A stretch of DNA of 35,589 nt from Klebsormidium nitens (Eukaryota > Plantae > Klebsormidiophyceae). Each line of letters opens with the position of its first letter. The stretch's first letter is position 1. Below, in pieces: positions 1 to 10,352 of this stretch. Location: NCBI GenBank assembly GCA_000708835.1, contig DF237709.1, forward strand, positions 1 to 35,589. The letters are read 5' to 3'. The notes beneath the pieces were generated by a model. It did no database searches. It saw only the letters and a list, made by a program, of their open reading frames with translations, and was not told the DNA's origin. Both the position numbers and the translations under genes were made by a program.

Positions 1-583
1 CACTAGACGGGCGTCTACCATCAGTCAACCCCGGATCGGTCATATGGGCGTTGACTGCAGCTACCATGCCAGAGGGGGGCACAATTGCCTGCTCGCCTAG
101 ACCATTTCCCCCAGTTTGGGGAGCAAACCCAGGACCATAAAAGGCAGGCGCAGCATTATGCGCAGGAGTCACAAATCCGCCACCAGTGTGGCCATCAGCT
201 GCATCAGCATGACGCTGTGCCAAAACAGGATTCAATCCAGCATTATCACCTGACTGCGTCACTGTGCCATTATGGTTACCACCCAAATCTGCCATACTTA
301 CTCTCCTTGGGAAGGTGAGGCGTTTCCTGACAGGAGGACGCCGTACGGGGGAGCGGGAGCGAGATCTATGAGGTCTGCGAGATCTGTGGAGATTGCGCTT
401 TTCCAAGTGTGGATGAAGAGGCCTCTCCTCATCCGAGTCGCTACTCTCCTTGGCCAGAGCCCGTGCCCAGTGGCCACGGGGGGGCAGTACCACAACAGTT
501 GGTTTGTCAACAACAGGAAGCGCAGGGAGTGATTCTATGCTGCTGAGTGAACAGTCGCTCAAAGATGGGGATGGCGAGCGCAT
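1..583 (-). CDS. Partial ORF/first exon (~194 aa, open at left edge), Ser/Arg/Pro-rich then Gly/Ala-rich disordered protein of unknown function
   Basis: Hand translation from ATG at 583 (in-frame TAG just upstream): MRSPSPSLSDCSLSSIESLPALPVVDKP...ESSDSDEERPLHPHLEKRNLHRSRRPHRSRSRSPVRRPP...MADLGGNHNG...DPGLTDGRRPSS. No stop before base 1. Not in the ORF track, presumably because it has no stop. Confidence 0.5.
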   Translation of the reverse strand, partial: MRSPSPSLSDCSLSSIESLPALPVVDKPTVVVLPPRGHWARALAKESSDSDEERPLHPHLEKRNLHRSRRPHRSRSRSPVRRPPVRKRLTFPRRVSMADLGGNHNGTVTQSGDNAGLNPVLAQRHADAADGHTGGGFVTPAHNAAPAFYGPGFAPQTGGNGLGEQAIVPPSGMVAAVNAHMTDPGLTDGRRPSS

Positions 584-2194
584 GCTAGAATGCTAGAAAA
601 ATAAGGCGCCCTAGCGCCAAAGTGAACTTCTGCTTGAATTTCTAGCGGCGAGTTGGAAATGAAAGCTACGCAACTCGCTGCAAGGGTTTTATAGTCGAAT
701 TTCCTAGTCTGCAGCTAGGTTTATTATTATCGAAAAAGTCTTATCGAACTATTCAACACTATTATCGCACTCTAGCCTATTCGATAATAGTCTACATTCC
801 GCCATGCTTATGCAAGCTGTGCACTTTATGCACTGATGTCTGAGTGACTGCTTGCTGCACATGCAGTGGGCGCCACATTTTGTGGGTTAACGCAACCCCA
901 GGACAAATCTGCCGTCGGCCAGAAGACCGGCACTAATACCGGGGACTACTGCCCGCGATCCCGTCAGGAGAACCGGCATCTGCCCACGGAACAACGTCGA
1001 ATTGTCGCTAACTCGACGAGTCGAAACCCTGAATCATGCCGTGGGCGAGTCCAACATGCAAGCAAGGACGTCCGACGTCTCCTCTCCATCATCATGATCT
1101 CTTAATTCCTTCACCGTGGCACAGCAGTGTAGTTATATGGTCAATCCGAGAATGATCTGTTTTCATGCAGTAAACGGTCGACAGAGTGGTACAGTACTCG
1201 CAGACGTCCATTCGGGTACGTACGCGCCCGAATTTGTCAACCACCGGCGACATGAACACTTCTCTTGAGGCCTGGGGCCTCGTCAAGGGAGTTCATTCCG
1301 TGTCGATCCAGGGGCCAGCCCTCTCTGAGCTGGGTATGTTGTTTTGGATAACCAGACCGATCAATCACCGTAATGAGGCGCTAGTCATTTAGTCAAATGG
1401 CCGCATGCATTGCTTGCTAGATGTTTCGACTATGATTCTCATCTCGGAAACATTCAGAGTGCTCGAGTTCGATTCGACTACCTTAAGTTCGAGTCCGTTT
1501 GCTTGTGCAGGCTATCAAAGTGGTCGAACGCCAGGACTCGAGCGCGTGCGGCGCCTATCGATCGACAGTGCAATTATGACGGTCGGCCGGTAAGTGTTGA
1601 TGTAGGGTGCACTTCGTTATCATTCAGAGAGGTTGCAGCGGGGCGTACGCTTCAGAGCAATCGTTGTGCTGCATGCGCTTGGAGAACGGCTTGCAGCTTT
1701 CCCGATTGTTGTATGTGCATCGATCAGCGAGCCTGCATGGCCTGAACTTACCGATCGAGAACAATAGTCAAACACCGGAGACATTCGAGCTGTCCCATCA
1801 ACACGTACACATGCTGAAGCCACTTGACATCGACAGAAGATCCGACCGTGTTCGAAAGCGACCAACATTTGGTGAGATGTCGAAGGCTCAGTCCTTACTT
1901 AGAATGTAACCATGCTCGTCGAGTGTACTTGCTTAGCTAGCACCCTTTACATGAATGCTGAGTCTACAAAGTAATCTAGGTTTGCGGAGCCGCATATTGC
2001 AGCCCTGTCTGATCCTTTCAAGCTTACCGAGGCAACCTGCTGATTACTTCAGCAGGCTGTAGCAACGGCAAGTTCCGCCTAATCAGTGCTTTATCGTCGC
2101 TTTCAGAACTCTGTGCACTACCGCTCTGGATGCCGGGTTAGAGTGCCAAGCGGTTCTTTTTGCACCAGTTTGGTAATCATGTATCAATCTGAGA

Positions 2195-2759
2195 CTAAGA
2201 AGTAGACAGAACTACTTGCACTACAGGCACATCGTCCAACTCGTTCTCATCCTCGAGGAGATGGGAAGGGAACGGATCCGTCTCCTCCCATTCCGACTCG
2301 GAACCGGAGTCGCCCACTGCGCTCAATTCCTCTTCCAGGCCCCGACTAGACTCCCGGTTTGCCACGCCCTCATTCCCTTGATCTGCAGCGTTCTCATCCA
2401 ACCTTTCGACGCCCTCGGCACTCAAACGTCTTTCCTCTTCCACTTGACCGTTCTCAGTTTCAAACGTACCAGTGTCGATCTCAAGACTCCCGTCAAGACT
2501 CTGCTGCAGACTGTCATCGAACGAACGAACGGAGTCCCGTTTGACGGGCGCGCCAAACGCCTTCGAGCTCCTTCTGCGGGAGAGCCGCGCTGCGGCTTCG
2601 ACGGCGTCGGGACGCCGAGACGTTTTCGGCCGAAGGGCAGGGGAGGCAGCGGGCTGAGAATCTTTAGCGGTCGCGGGCGCCCAGTCGCTCTGGTCGAACG
2701 GCGACGCGGGGTTCGAGGGTTCTGGCCGCGGGGAAGGGGATGCGCGCGCACCAGCAAAC
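2195..2759 (-). CDS. Coiled-coil gene, terminal exon
   Basis: ttccacag|G TTT GCT; FAGARASPSPRPEPS...FDDSLQQSLDGSLEID...EEERRLSAEG...VVLSTS*; TAG at 2195. Confidence 0.8.
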
Positions 2760-5700
2760 CTGTGGAAGAAGGGTAACGAAAACCGTTCTCGTCGGTAGAA
2801 GATGGTCGCATCAGTGAGATTCTAACTTCTAGAGTTCTGCTAGAGCTTTTATTTTTTTGTGCACCTCTATGACGGAGAGATTTTTCGTAGTTTTTCCGAG
2901 ACTCAAAGCCGTTAACCGAAGAAGACCCGTCACATCGCAGGGATTTTGGCGCTTGACCGCCAGAACCTCAAAGGCTTTCAATACATGGACTGGAGTCGAC
3001 TTGAGTAGGATAGTGCAAAAGTCAGGTTCCTTTGGCAATCGAGGGATTTTGGCTCATAGCCTTTCTTGAACACCTCCTCAAATGCAAATGCCTGTCAATA
3101 ACGCATCCGATCTTACCCGTGCATTACACCTTACGTACGACACTTAGGGAGGACTGAGCAAATGAGAAGTGCGTAATCGCAGACAAAATTAGCGTTATTG
3201 TCCTTGACAAGGACCCAAAACAAAAAGCGAGGAGAAACGGGGGGCGAGGACTTCGAGGATGCGAAGATAAGATAACAAGCGACACGATGCATTTATGGTG
3301 AGACGCGCAAGGATCTGTCAAAAACTTGCCCCAGGCTATCTTTAACTCACCTAAGCCGCGAAACTTCAGCCAACAGAATCTTGATTCTTTCCGACTGCTC
3401 GGCGATCGTGTCCGCGTCACTGAGGCGCCCCGCGGCCGCGTCTTGCGCGAGCGGGTTATTGACCATCTTAACCAGCAGGCAGCACTCCTCCTCTTTCATC
3501 TGAAATAGAACGGCGGGTAACGTTAGTAAGGGTCTAAGGAAATACTCAATCTGTCTTGGACCTTCTGCGAGCGTCGAATTGGGACAGGAGGCAGCATTCC
3601 TCCTCTTTCATCTTGAGAATCGGGGTTCGTTATCGGGTTAGCAATGGTTCAGGGTACTACTTGACCTCTCGAGGACGCTCTCCGGGGCATCGAACGGATA
3701 CAGAACCATCTTAACCAGCGGGTAATATTTGGTCCTTCTCTTTCAACTAACCCCGCGATCGGTACCGGATTAGCAAGGACTTAGGGGAGTGCTCAACCTT
3801 CTTCAAATACATTTGCAACCATTCCAGCCAGCAGGTAGACTCCTTTCTCATCAGAACGCGGGGTTGGGTACCGGGTTCGCAAGGGGGTTAGGAAGACCTT
3901 GGGGCACCTGAGAGCATTTAAAACTTTGTACGTCTCGTAGCTGTGGCAAATGTTCGACCTTCTTGGGTATGGGCCAGTAATATTCCCGTTAACCTCGCAG
4001 CCTTGATTAGATAACGGATTTTGCACCAGTAACCGTGATTCGCATCCTATGATTGGAGCGGTGTCTGTTCTTGTCTCTAAGCAGATTTCCTCCGTCAGGT
4101 CCATCCCATGTGAACCGTGCGTCTGACATGTTCTCTACCTTCAAGATATAACCGCCGGCCATCGATCTACAAGCCCAGATAGATTGACTGAAAGAGAGAA
4201 GAAAGCTCCTGACAGACGGTACGATGGATCAGCTTATAGCCGAGACAGAAACCTCCGGGTACAAAGTCTCTCAACAAGTTGTGGCGGGAAACCCGATTAC
4301 CTTCTTGTAACGTCGATTTCGGTACAGTATACAACATAGTCAGAGCATATTCCCACCTGCACGTCTCGCAGCAGCGCCTCTTTCTGCTCCTTCTCCTGAT
4401 TGCACCGCCCCTCGAGAGCCGCGCTCCGTTTCCGTATCGTCCTCATGCGGTCCTCCAAATTCGCGAGCTCGTCTTCGACCTTCGTGCGCGCCTGCAGAAG
4501 ATTCATAAGAGAGTTTCAGAGTGCATCGAAACACGTTGTTGTACTGTAAAGATATCAGTTTCCAAGCGCAGGGTTTGCAGCTTTTCCGTATCGTCTAGGT
4601 ACGGTCCTCCAGCTCCGCGATCTTTATCGTGCGCGCCCGCAGATCTGAAGTATTTTGAAATTGACAGTCCTGCAAGGCCATATGATATTCACTATGTTAC
4701 AGCTCTGGGTGTCGGATGGAGAACTGGACCTCGGCATTCTTCCACGCAGCGTTTTGCTTCGGCCCCAAGACCATTAAGTTGGAGCTTACTAGATCCTGCT
4801 TGCTAAAGTCTTCCGTTATAGAAGCAGTTTCTCTGAATGTGATTCAAGCGCCTTTCATTTGTCCCTCTGCCTAATTGCGCCTCCAAATGGCGTTTGATTG
4901 ACAACAGCTAGCAAGGATTGGTGCAAACGTTTTGTGCCACTCCTCTGGCCGTCGCACAAACCTCGTCTATGATATTGTATTCCAGTGAAATAGCTTTCGT
5001 TTTGATTTAGAGAAGGCCGTTCGCAAATGGCTTCGTCAGATGCACATGAAGAAAGAAGCGGCAGCTTTGAAGGCGGCAAACAGCAGTGTAACGGACCTTC
5101 TGTTCCGCTTCTAGTGTCTCTCCCAACGCTTTGACTTTCCTCTGGAGCACGTCAACTTTCCGGTCCCGTTTCACCGTCCGCTCCAGCAGTTCCGCTCGTA
5201 CGGAACGGAGCGAATCCACCTCCGCACAAACCTGGCAACAAACGTTACTCGGTCCGGTAAGACCTTGCCATTCTCAAATTGAGACAATCCTTGCTTGTCG
5301 CGAGAACCCTGAGGTTTTTGTCTTTTCAAGCAATTGCTGTGGCGTCTTTACAAGCCCATAGGTTGGTGCATTGAAAAAAGAAGGTGGCTGAAAGAGAAAG
5401 GCTCGACTGTATCCTTAGGATGCACTCCTGTTTGGGGACAGCGGTATGAGAGCTAGAAAGCCGGCTACGAAAATCTTGAACAGCAATACTCAAGGTGGCT
5501 TGGCAATGAACATCCGGAATCCAGAAAACTCAGCAGAAAAAAACACATCACCAACCGCTTGGCAGTCTGGTTCCGATTAGGATACGTAAAAGATCGAGGA
5601 GACTTGCCAATGAGTGACAGCCTTGACATCTCCATCAGGATTCAGAAGACGCTGTCGTATTCATCCTTTTATGCGGCAACAACCCGTTTTCATCAATCTG

Positions 5701-8700
5701 TTGGTTTGATTTCATACCGCGAAAAGCTGATCCAAAGCAATTATTACCGCGAAAAGCTGATCCAAAGCAAGAGAATGAAGCGGGCAAAACCTTACTTGCT
5801 CGAATTCGCTCCTTCTTCGTTCCTCTTGCTCCAGCAACTGCGCGCGCGCGTCGACCTCCGCCTTCAGATGCGCTTCCAGCTTTTCGTTCTTGGCGCGTTG
5901 TCGATCTAGTTCGTGCGCCTGCGCCTGGCACCGCTTCTCGACCTCCTCGCTTTGGAGAGTCTGCAGTGGCGCATTGGTGTCAATCAATTTTTTTTGCGCA
6001 TGAATCAATCGCCTTCAGAAGGGCTTGGAGCTTTTCGTTCTTGGCGTGTTGTCGATCTAGTTCGTGCTCCTGAGACTGACACCGCTTCTCGACCTCCTCG
6101 CTTTGGAGAGTCTGCAGCAGTGAGTTGGTGTCAAATCAGATAGTGATCGCGCATGTGTAAACTGCTCGTTTGGCCTTCGGCAGAACGAGGTTGTTTTTCT
6201 AAACAGGTTTAAGCAGTGATTTCGATTCCTTCTCACTTAAGCATGATTCAACCGAGAATAGAACCAGCCAATCCCGCCTCCAACCATTATTGATTTGCAC
6301 GTTTCGTTGATTGTTTGCTGGGCTTACAGCTCCGCGAATAAACACAATCGGACACATCGTGCTGATAGCGAGCCCAGCCGCACTTGACTTCGCGTCTAGA
6401 GCCCTCGCACAAGCACGGTCGCTGCCTGAGCCCTCTCCATGAACTTACTCTCTTATGAGACGACCGCCAAGATTACGAAAACTCTTCAGCAGATTCGTCA
6501 AACCTGAGTTGCCGTTCTTACACTCGATTCCAAAACTCCACGCACGGGCACAAAGCTTCAAACCAGGGAACCTGAACCCAGAGATCCGTACCCCAGAAAA
6601 AGCCTTACCCCAGAAACCCTCAAACTAGAGAACAATATCTCGGAGACCTCGAAGCTAACAGGCTGTGATTAACCTTGCCTCTAGAGCTTCTCAAACAGTC
6701 ACGATGGCAGCCTGTGCCTTGTCCATAAAGTCAGTCTATTCTGGAGACCTCCCGGTTTGGAATAACCTACCAAAAAACCCTGAAAGATATTCGGACGTGC
6801 TTACCCCCCCTTCGAAAGCCTCCCGCACGGCCAGAAAGTCTCTACCCAGAAAGCCTCTACCCAAAATGATCGAGTAAACAGCTTCCTCATGAGTTCTCAA
6901 AGTTGATAGCCAAAGCTTACCTTTGAGTCTAAAGGCGTCCCGCACGGGCACAATAGCCGCGTGCGCCGTGTCCACAAAGAAGACCGCCAAGTTTAGAAGA
7001 GCTTACCCGAAAAGGCTCAAAGCTTACCAGGCTGTGCTTTATATATGCTTGCTTCTAAAGCCTCCCGCATGGCCAGAGCGTCTCAATACCGAAAGCATCT
7101 ACCCAGAACCTTCGATCAATGAATCAGCCTCTCAGAACTTCTCAAATTTTCTAATCAGCCAAGCTTGCCTTCATTTCTAAAGCCTACCGCACGGGTACGA
7201 CCGTCTGTCGGCTGCAAGTTCACTCTTTCCCAGATTCCCCCCTAGATTACCATACGTCGAGGAACCCCTCAAAGCTGGCGGGCTCCGCTTACGCTTGCTT
7301 ACCCTTTCGAACAAGAATCCAAGAATCCGGATCCAGAAAACTCAAAGCTGGCCTGCTGTGCTTACCTTTGCTTCGAGACCCTTTCGAACAATAGCCAAGC
7401 AATCAGAATCCAGATATCCAAAAGCTGGCCTGCTGTGCTTACCTTCGCTTCTAGAGCCTCCCGCACCGGCACGATCGCCGCCTGTACCCTCTCATATTAC
7501 GATCTCTGACCAAGTTATGGTTTAAAATGTGTCATCCGGAAACCCTTGATTCGATTTTAGACGAACTGGCCCGCTTACCTTCGCTTCTAAAGCTTCTCGA
7601 ACGGGCACGATTGCCGCCTGCGCCCTCTCCGCGAGAGAGAGCGCCTCGTCACGCGACTCTTCGAGCGACTTCACTTTCTTGATGAGCTGCAGAACGAAGC
7701 AGAGACGCTTAGCTCGGGAACACATCACACGGTCCTATGCCAGTCATTCCGAGATGATCTGTTTCGTATCGCTGCGCTCACGGATCCACCAGTTGATACT
7801 TTAACCTAGCAATGCGTTGTTCAGCTGCTGGTGGCAAAATCTTCGGCGTCCTGAATCCGTTCAACTATTATACGTGGCACGCTTGACTAGCGATTGAGTG
7901 ACACCCTTCCAGCGCGACAGCTACGCAATTTCCCAAGCGCTAACCTTAATCAAGTGCTACGCCTAACCTGAAAACCTCCTCATACAGCCTTCCTGCTCTT
8001 AGATGCAAACCTTCTGCCTTTCTATATCAATTCGACCAAAGCACACCGGTCTTAAGGGTTGAGAAGGGCAACCAAAGCCAACAAGAAGGCCTAAATGCTG
8101 AGGGTTGAGAAGGCCAATTGAGATTCACATTGACGGAAAGCCTCTTACCAGCGCCAATCGGTGGTCCTTTCCAAACCCCGGCCCCTCGAGCCGCGCCCCG
8201 GCCGCATCTTCCGGCTGTAACACCTGGTCGACGGCATTCATCTGGCGTTTCATCCGCTCGTTCGCCTTTTCCGACCGGAGCTTCGCGTTCCGGGCTTTGA
8301 GAGAGCGGACCTGCGCAAATAAAACCTGAGTTTGTCAACAACCCCTCTGAAGGCCGAACACATTAGGTCTTCCGATACCAGGTAACCTGATTGTCGTTAC
8401 TTTGACTAGAGCTTCTCAAAGAAGAAGTTCAGCGAGCGACGTTACCGCGGCAAAGCGGTTATTTCAAGTAGTTTCACAATGGTAAATGATTCTAGTGACC
8501 TCTGTTGCACTATACAAATGGTGCTGCTTCAGCCCGATCTCGAGTTGCTTTAGTTTCTATTAGCAACATGCATTTCTATTGGCTCACATCGAACCAGCAA
8601 AATGAACGCTTTGATCTTTGCTCAGAAACCGGCACTCATTCTGAATACCAGACCCAAAGGAGCAGGAAAGGGTTTACTTCTCAACAAAGCCGCACCTGTG

Positions 8701-10352
8701 AACTTTGAAACGCATGTTTAAATCGTAGAGCTGGTAATCGCATTGCAGGGGCAGCATCCATACAAGCACCTTGCCAATCAAGAACCCCACCCACCTCCAC
8801 GTCCTTCTCTCGAAGCGACGCCTCTAGTTCTCGGCACCGCTCGGTCGCGGCCGCGCACTGCTGCTGCAGTGCGGTCAGCTGCGAGTCCCGAACCTCCAAA
8901 CCCTCGCGACCCGCGGCCGCGCCGCGGCCGCGGCTCGAATAGAGACGCCCTGGTGACGTCATGCGCCCGGGAGACGTCATCCTCTGGCGGTCGACGCTGC
9001 TGGCGCGGCCGCGGGGGGTGGTCTTCCGGGGGCCAGCTTCGGTTCGCGCTGCAAATGAAGTCGAGCGTTGCGATCAGGACCTCATTCGGCGTTTGTTTCC
9101 TTCGCGGTCTCAGAAATCATTGCTGGGGCGAGCACTTTTCTCCTTTGACCACCCCTTCTCTCCGCTGAAAACTCCTTTCCGCCGATCAACGATCGATGAC
9201 TACAGTGAACGTCAGAAGGAAGGTTGGGATACGCGGAGGCTATTTGCGAAGTGTCTCTGCTTAAGAGGAGGGACTCGGAGAGGTTGCCCCTATCATCTTC
9301 GTACAAGCCAAGTATGCGCGTATCGCTCTGAACCGCCTAAGGCTTCTGCGAACATCCCTATAGCCTTCAAAAAGACACAAACAAGACACGAAAAGACACA
9401 ACAAACATAATCTCAGAACCAAGGAAATGCAAGATCTTTAACCTGGAATCAATCCAGAAACGAGGGTAGAGGGCTTCGCTCGCCTTACCTGTGCCGGGCC
9501 GTCTCATTCGCTCCGTCGATCGCTGACTGGCCAACGCTTTTGACCAGTCGCTTCCTGGAGCCTCCCCGCCGGGAGAGGCGATCTGTTGCGGTTGCTGAGG
9601 AAGGGCCGCTGAGAGACGCGCGAACACCCTGAAAGACACCCAGAATCCGGTTAGATAGACCTGTAGGTTAGACAGGATGGTCATAAGTGGGATATGGTTC
9701 TGGCTCGGAGAACTGGTAGGATTAGGTTGGGGGTTAGGGCGGGTACGGGGCGGAACGGGTACATTTGTTGGTTACGTTTGTAGTTTTGTTTGGCCTTGGG
9801 GACTATTGCTCTCCTACCTTATCGTACCTAGAACTCCCTACCTAAATCATAGGAGTATCTCAATGAGGCCGTCGTTTGATCTGTGCGGTCCATCAAAGGC
9901 TGCTGAAGGAGCATGGATCGTTCTGTACAAGATGACAGCATTTTGCGCACGTCGTTTTTGAAGGGAGGTTCAAGGGAGCTCAATCGCGTGAGAAGGTCTC
10001 AGGCCGATTCTATTTTGCAGAAGACTTTCATAGGCTGTTGTCCACCTGATGATTGCGAAGCTGGCGACTTCTTGTTGTTTCTGAGAGTCCATTTGAGTGT
10101 CAGAAACCAGCTGACGGATCTTAAGCGCCAGCGCAGAAGTTCAAATTGACAGACAGACGACACTTCTTCAATTATTGCCGCGTGTGGGTGGCCCATCAAT
10201 TCAATCTTAGCTGCTGTGTAATAGTGCATAGACCTCTGATCTCCGCCGCTAGAAGCAGTGGTGGAAGCTTGGCCTTACCGTGAAAGGGCAGCTTGATTTG
10301 CATTCGCTGGAATTGGAAGTCGATCCATGAAAGGCACCGTCTGCTGTGCTTG
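2195..10352 (-). CDS. Multi-exon coiled-coil protein gene (>=10 exons, ~628 aa, 5' end unresolved): basic disordered N-part, long coiled coil, acidic disordered C-terminus
   Basis: Exons 10279-10352, 9489-9628, 8795-9048, 8149-8310, 7579-7686, 5796-5960, 5097-5231, 4357-4491, 3351-3499, 2195-2759. All have AG/GT boundaries and compatible phases. The spliced product has continuous E/K/R/L/Q-rich heptad-like sequence. Confidence 0.8.
3351..3499 (-). CDS. Coiled-coil gene exon
   Basis: tatttcag|MKEEECCLLVKMVNNPLAQDAAAGRLSDADTIAEQSERIKILLAEVSRLR|gtgagt. Confidence 0.8.
3485..3900 (-). repeat. Array of degenerate copies of the acceptor and 5' end of exon 3351-3499 (original plus ~3 copies, ~120 bp period)
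   Basis: tcctcctctttcatc-like units at ~3487, ~3598, ~3733, ~3840, each followed by a similar cggg..ttag..agg flank. Confidence 0.7.
4357..4491 (-). CDS. Coiled-coil gene exon
   Basis: ctgcag|ARTKVEDELANLEDRMRTIRKRSAALEGRCNQEKEQKEALLRDVQ|gtggga; 135 nt, phase 0-0. Confidence 0.85.
5097..5231 (-). CDS. Coiled-coil gene exon
   Basis: tgccag|VCAEVDSLRSVRAELLERTVKRDRKVDVLQRKVKALGETLEAEQK|gtccgt; 135 nt. Confidence 0.85.
5715..5770. repeat. 26-bp exact direct repeat (period 30), intronic
   Basis: taccgcgaaaagctgatccaaagcaa at 5715 and 5745. Confidence 0.95.
5796..5960 (-). CDS. Coiled-coil gene exon
   Basis: ctgcag|TLQSEEVEKRCQAQAHELDRQRAKNEKLEAHLKAEVDARAQLLEQEERRRSEFEQ|gtaagg; 165 nt. Confidence 0.85.
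5880..6135 (-). repeat. Tandem duplication (period 151) of the acceptor and 5' part of exon 5796-5960
   Basis: Near-identical gttgtcgatctagttcgtgc...accgcttctcgacctcctcgctttggagagtctgcag ending near 5966 and 6117. Confidence 0.92.
6387..7500 (-). repeat. Array of ~8 degenerate copies of the 3' end and donor of exon 7579-7686
   Basis: gcttacc-ttcgcttctagagcctcccgcacggg-like units at ~6387, 6669, 6797, 6914, 7033, 7161, 7358, 7438. Confidence 0.85.
7579..7686 (-). CDS. Coiled-coil gene exon
   Basis: ctgcag|LIKKVKSLEESRDEALSLAERAQAAIVPVREALEAK|gtaagc; 108 nt. Confidence 0.85.
8149..8310 (-). CDS. Coiled-coil gene exon
   Basis: gcgcag|VRSLKARNAKLRSEKANERMKRQMNAVDQVLQPEDAAGARLEGPGFGKDHRLAL|gtaaga; 162 nt. 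Confidence 0.8.
8795..9048 (-). CDS. Coiled-coil gene exon
   Basis: tttgcag|..RTEAGPRKTTPRGRASSVDRQRMTSPGRMTSPGRLYSS...LQQQCAAATERCRELEASLREKDVE|gtgggt; phase 1-0. Confidence 0.8.
9489..9628 (-). CDS. Coiled-coil gene exon
   Basis: ctttcag|.VFARLSAALPQQPQQIASPGGEAPGSDWSKALASQRSTERMRRPGT.|gtaagg; phase 2-1, matches the downstream exon. Confidence 0.7.
10279..10352 (-). CDS. Probable upstream exon of the coiled-coil gene
   Basis: ttttgtttgcag|QAQQTVPFMDRLPIPANANQAALSR|gtaagg. The phase-2 donor matches the phase-2 acceptor at 9628. Confidence 0.55.

Noticed and set aside
85-532. Plus-strand ORFs 85-318 and 272-532 and minus ORF 298-513
   Set aside because: They are shadows or alternative frames of the longer open minus-strand frame 583 to <1.
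645-789. Short inverted repeats (gcggcgagttg/caactcgctgc; tattatcgaa/ttcgataata) in an AT-rich stretch
   Set aside because: The stems are only 10-11 bp, with no target-site duplication or element boundaries. Not enough to call a MITE or ncRNA.
1405-1909. Overlapping plus-strand ORFs with an acceptor-like site near 1510 and GTAAGT near 1589; TCGA-rich
   Set aside because: No recognisable domain and no consistent exon chain.
6387-7500. Repeat-spacer appearance resembling a CRISPR array
   Set aside because: The units are degenerate copies of a eukaryotic exon end, the spacers are related to each other, and there are no cas genes.
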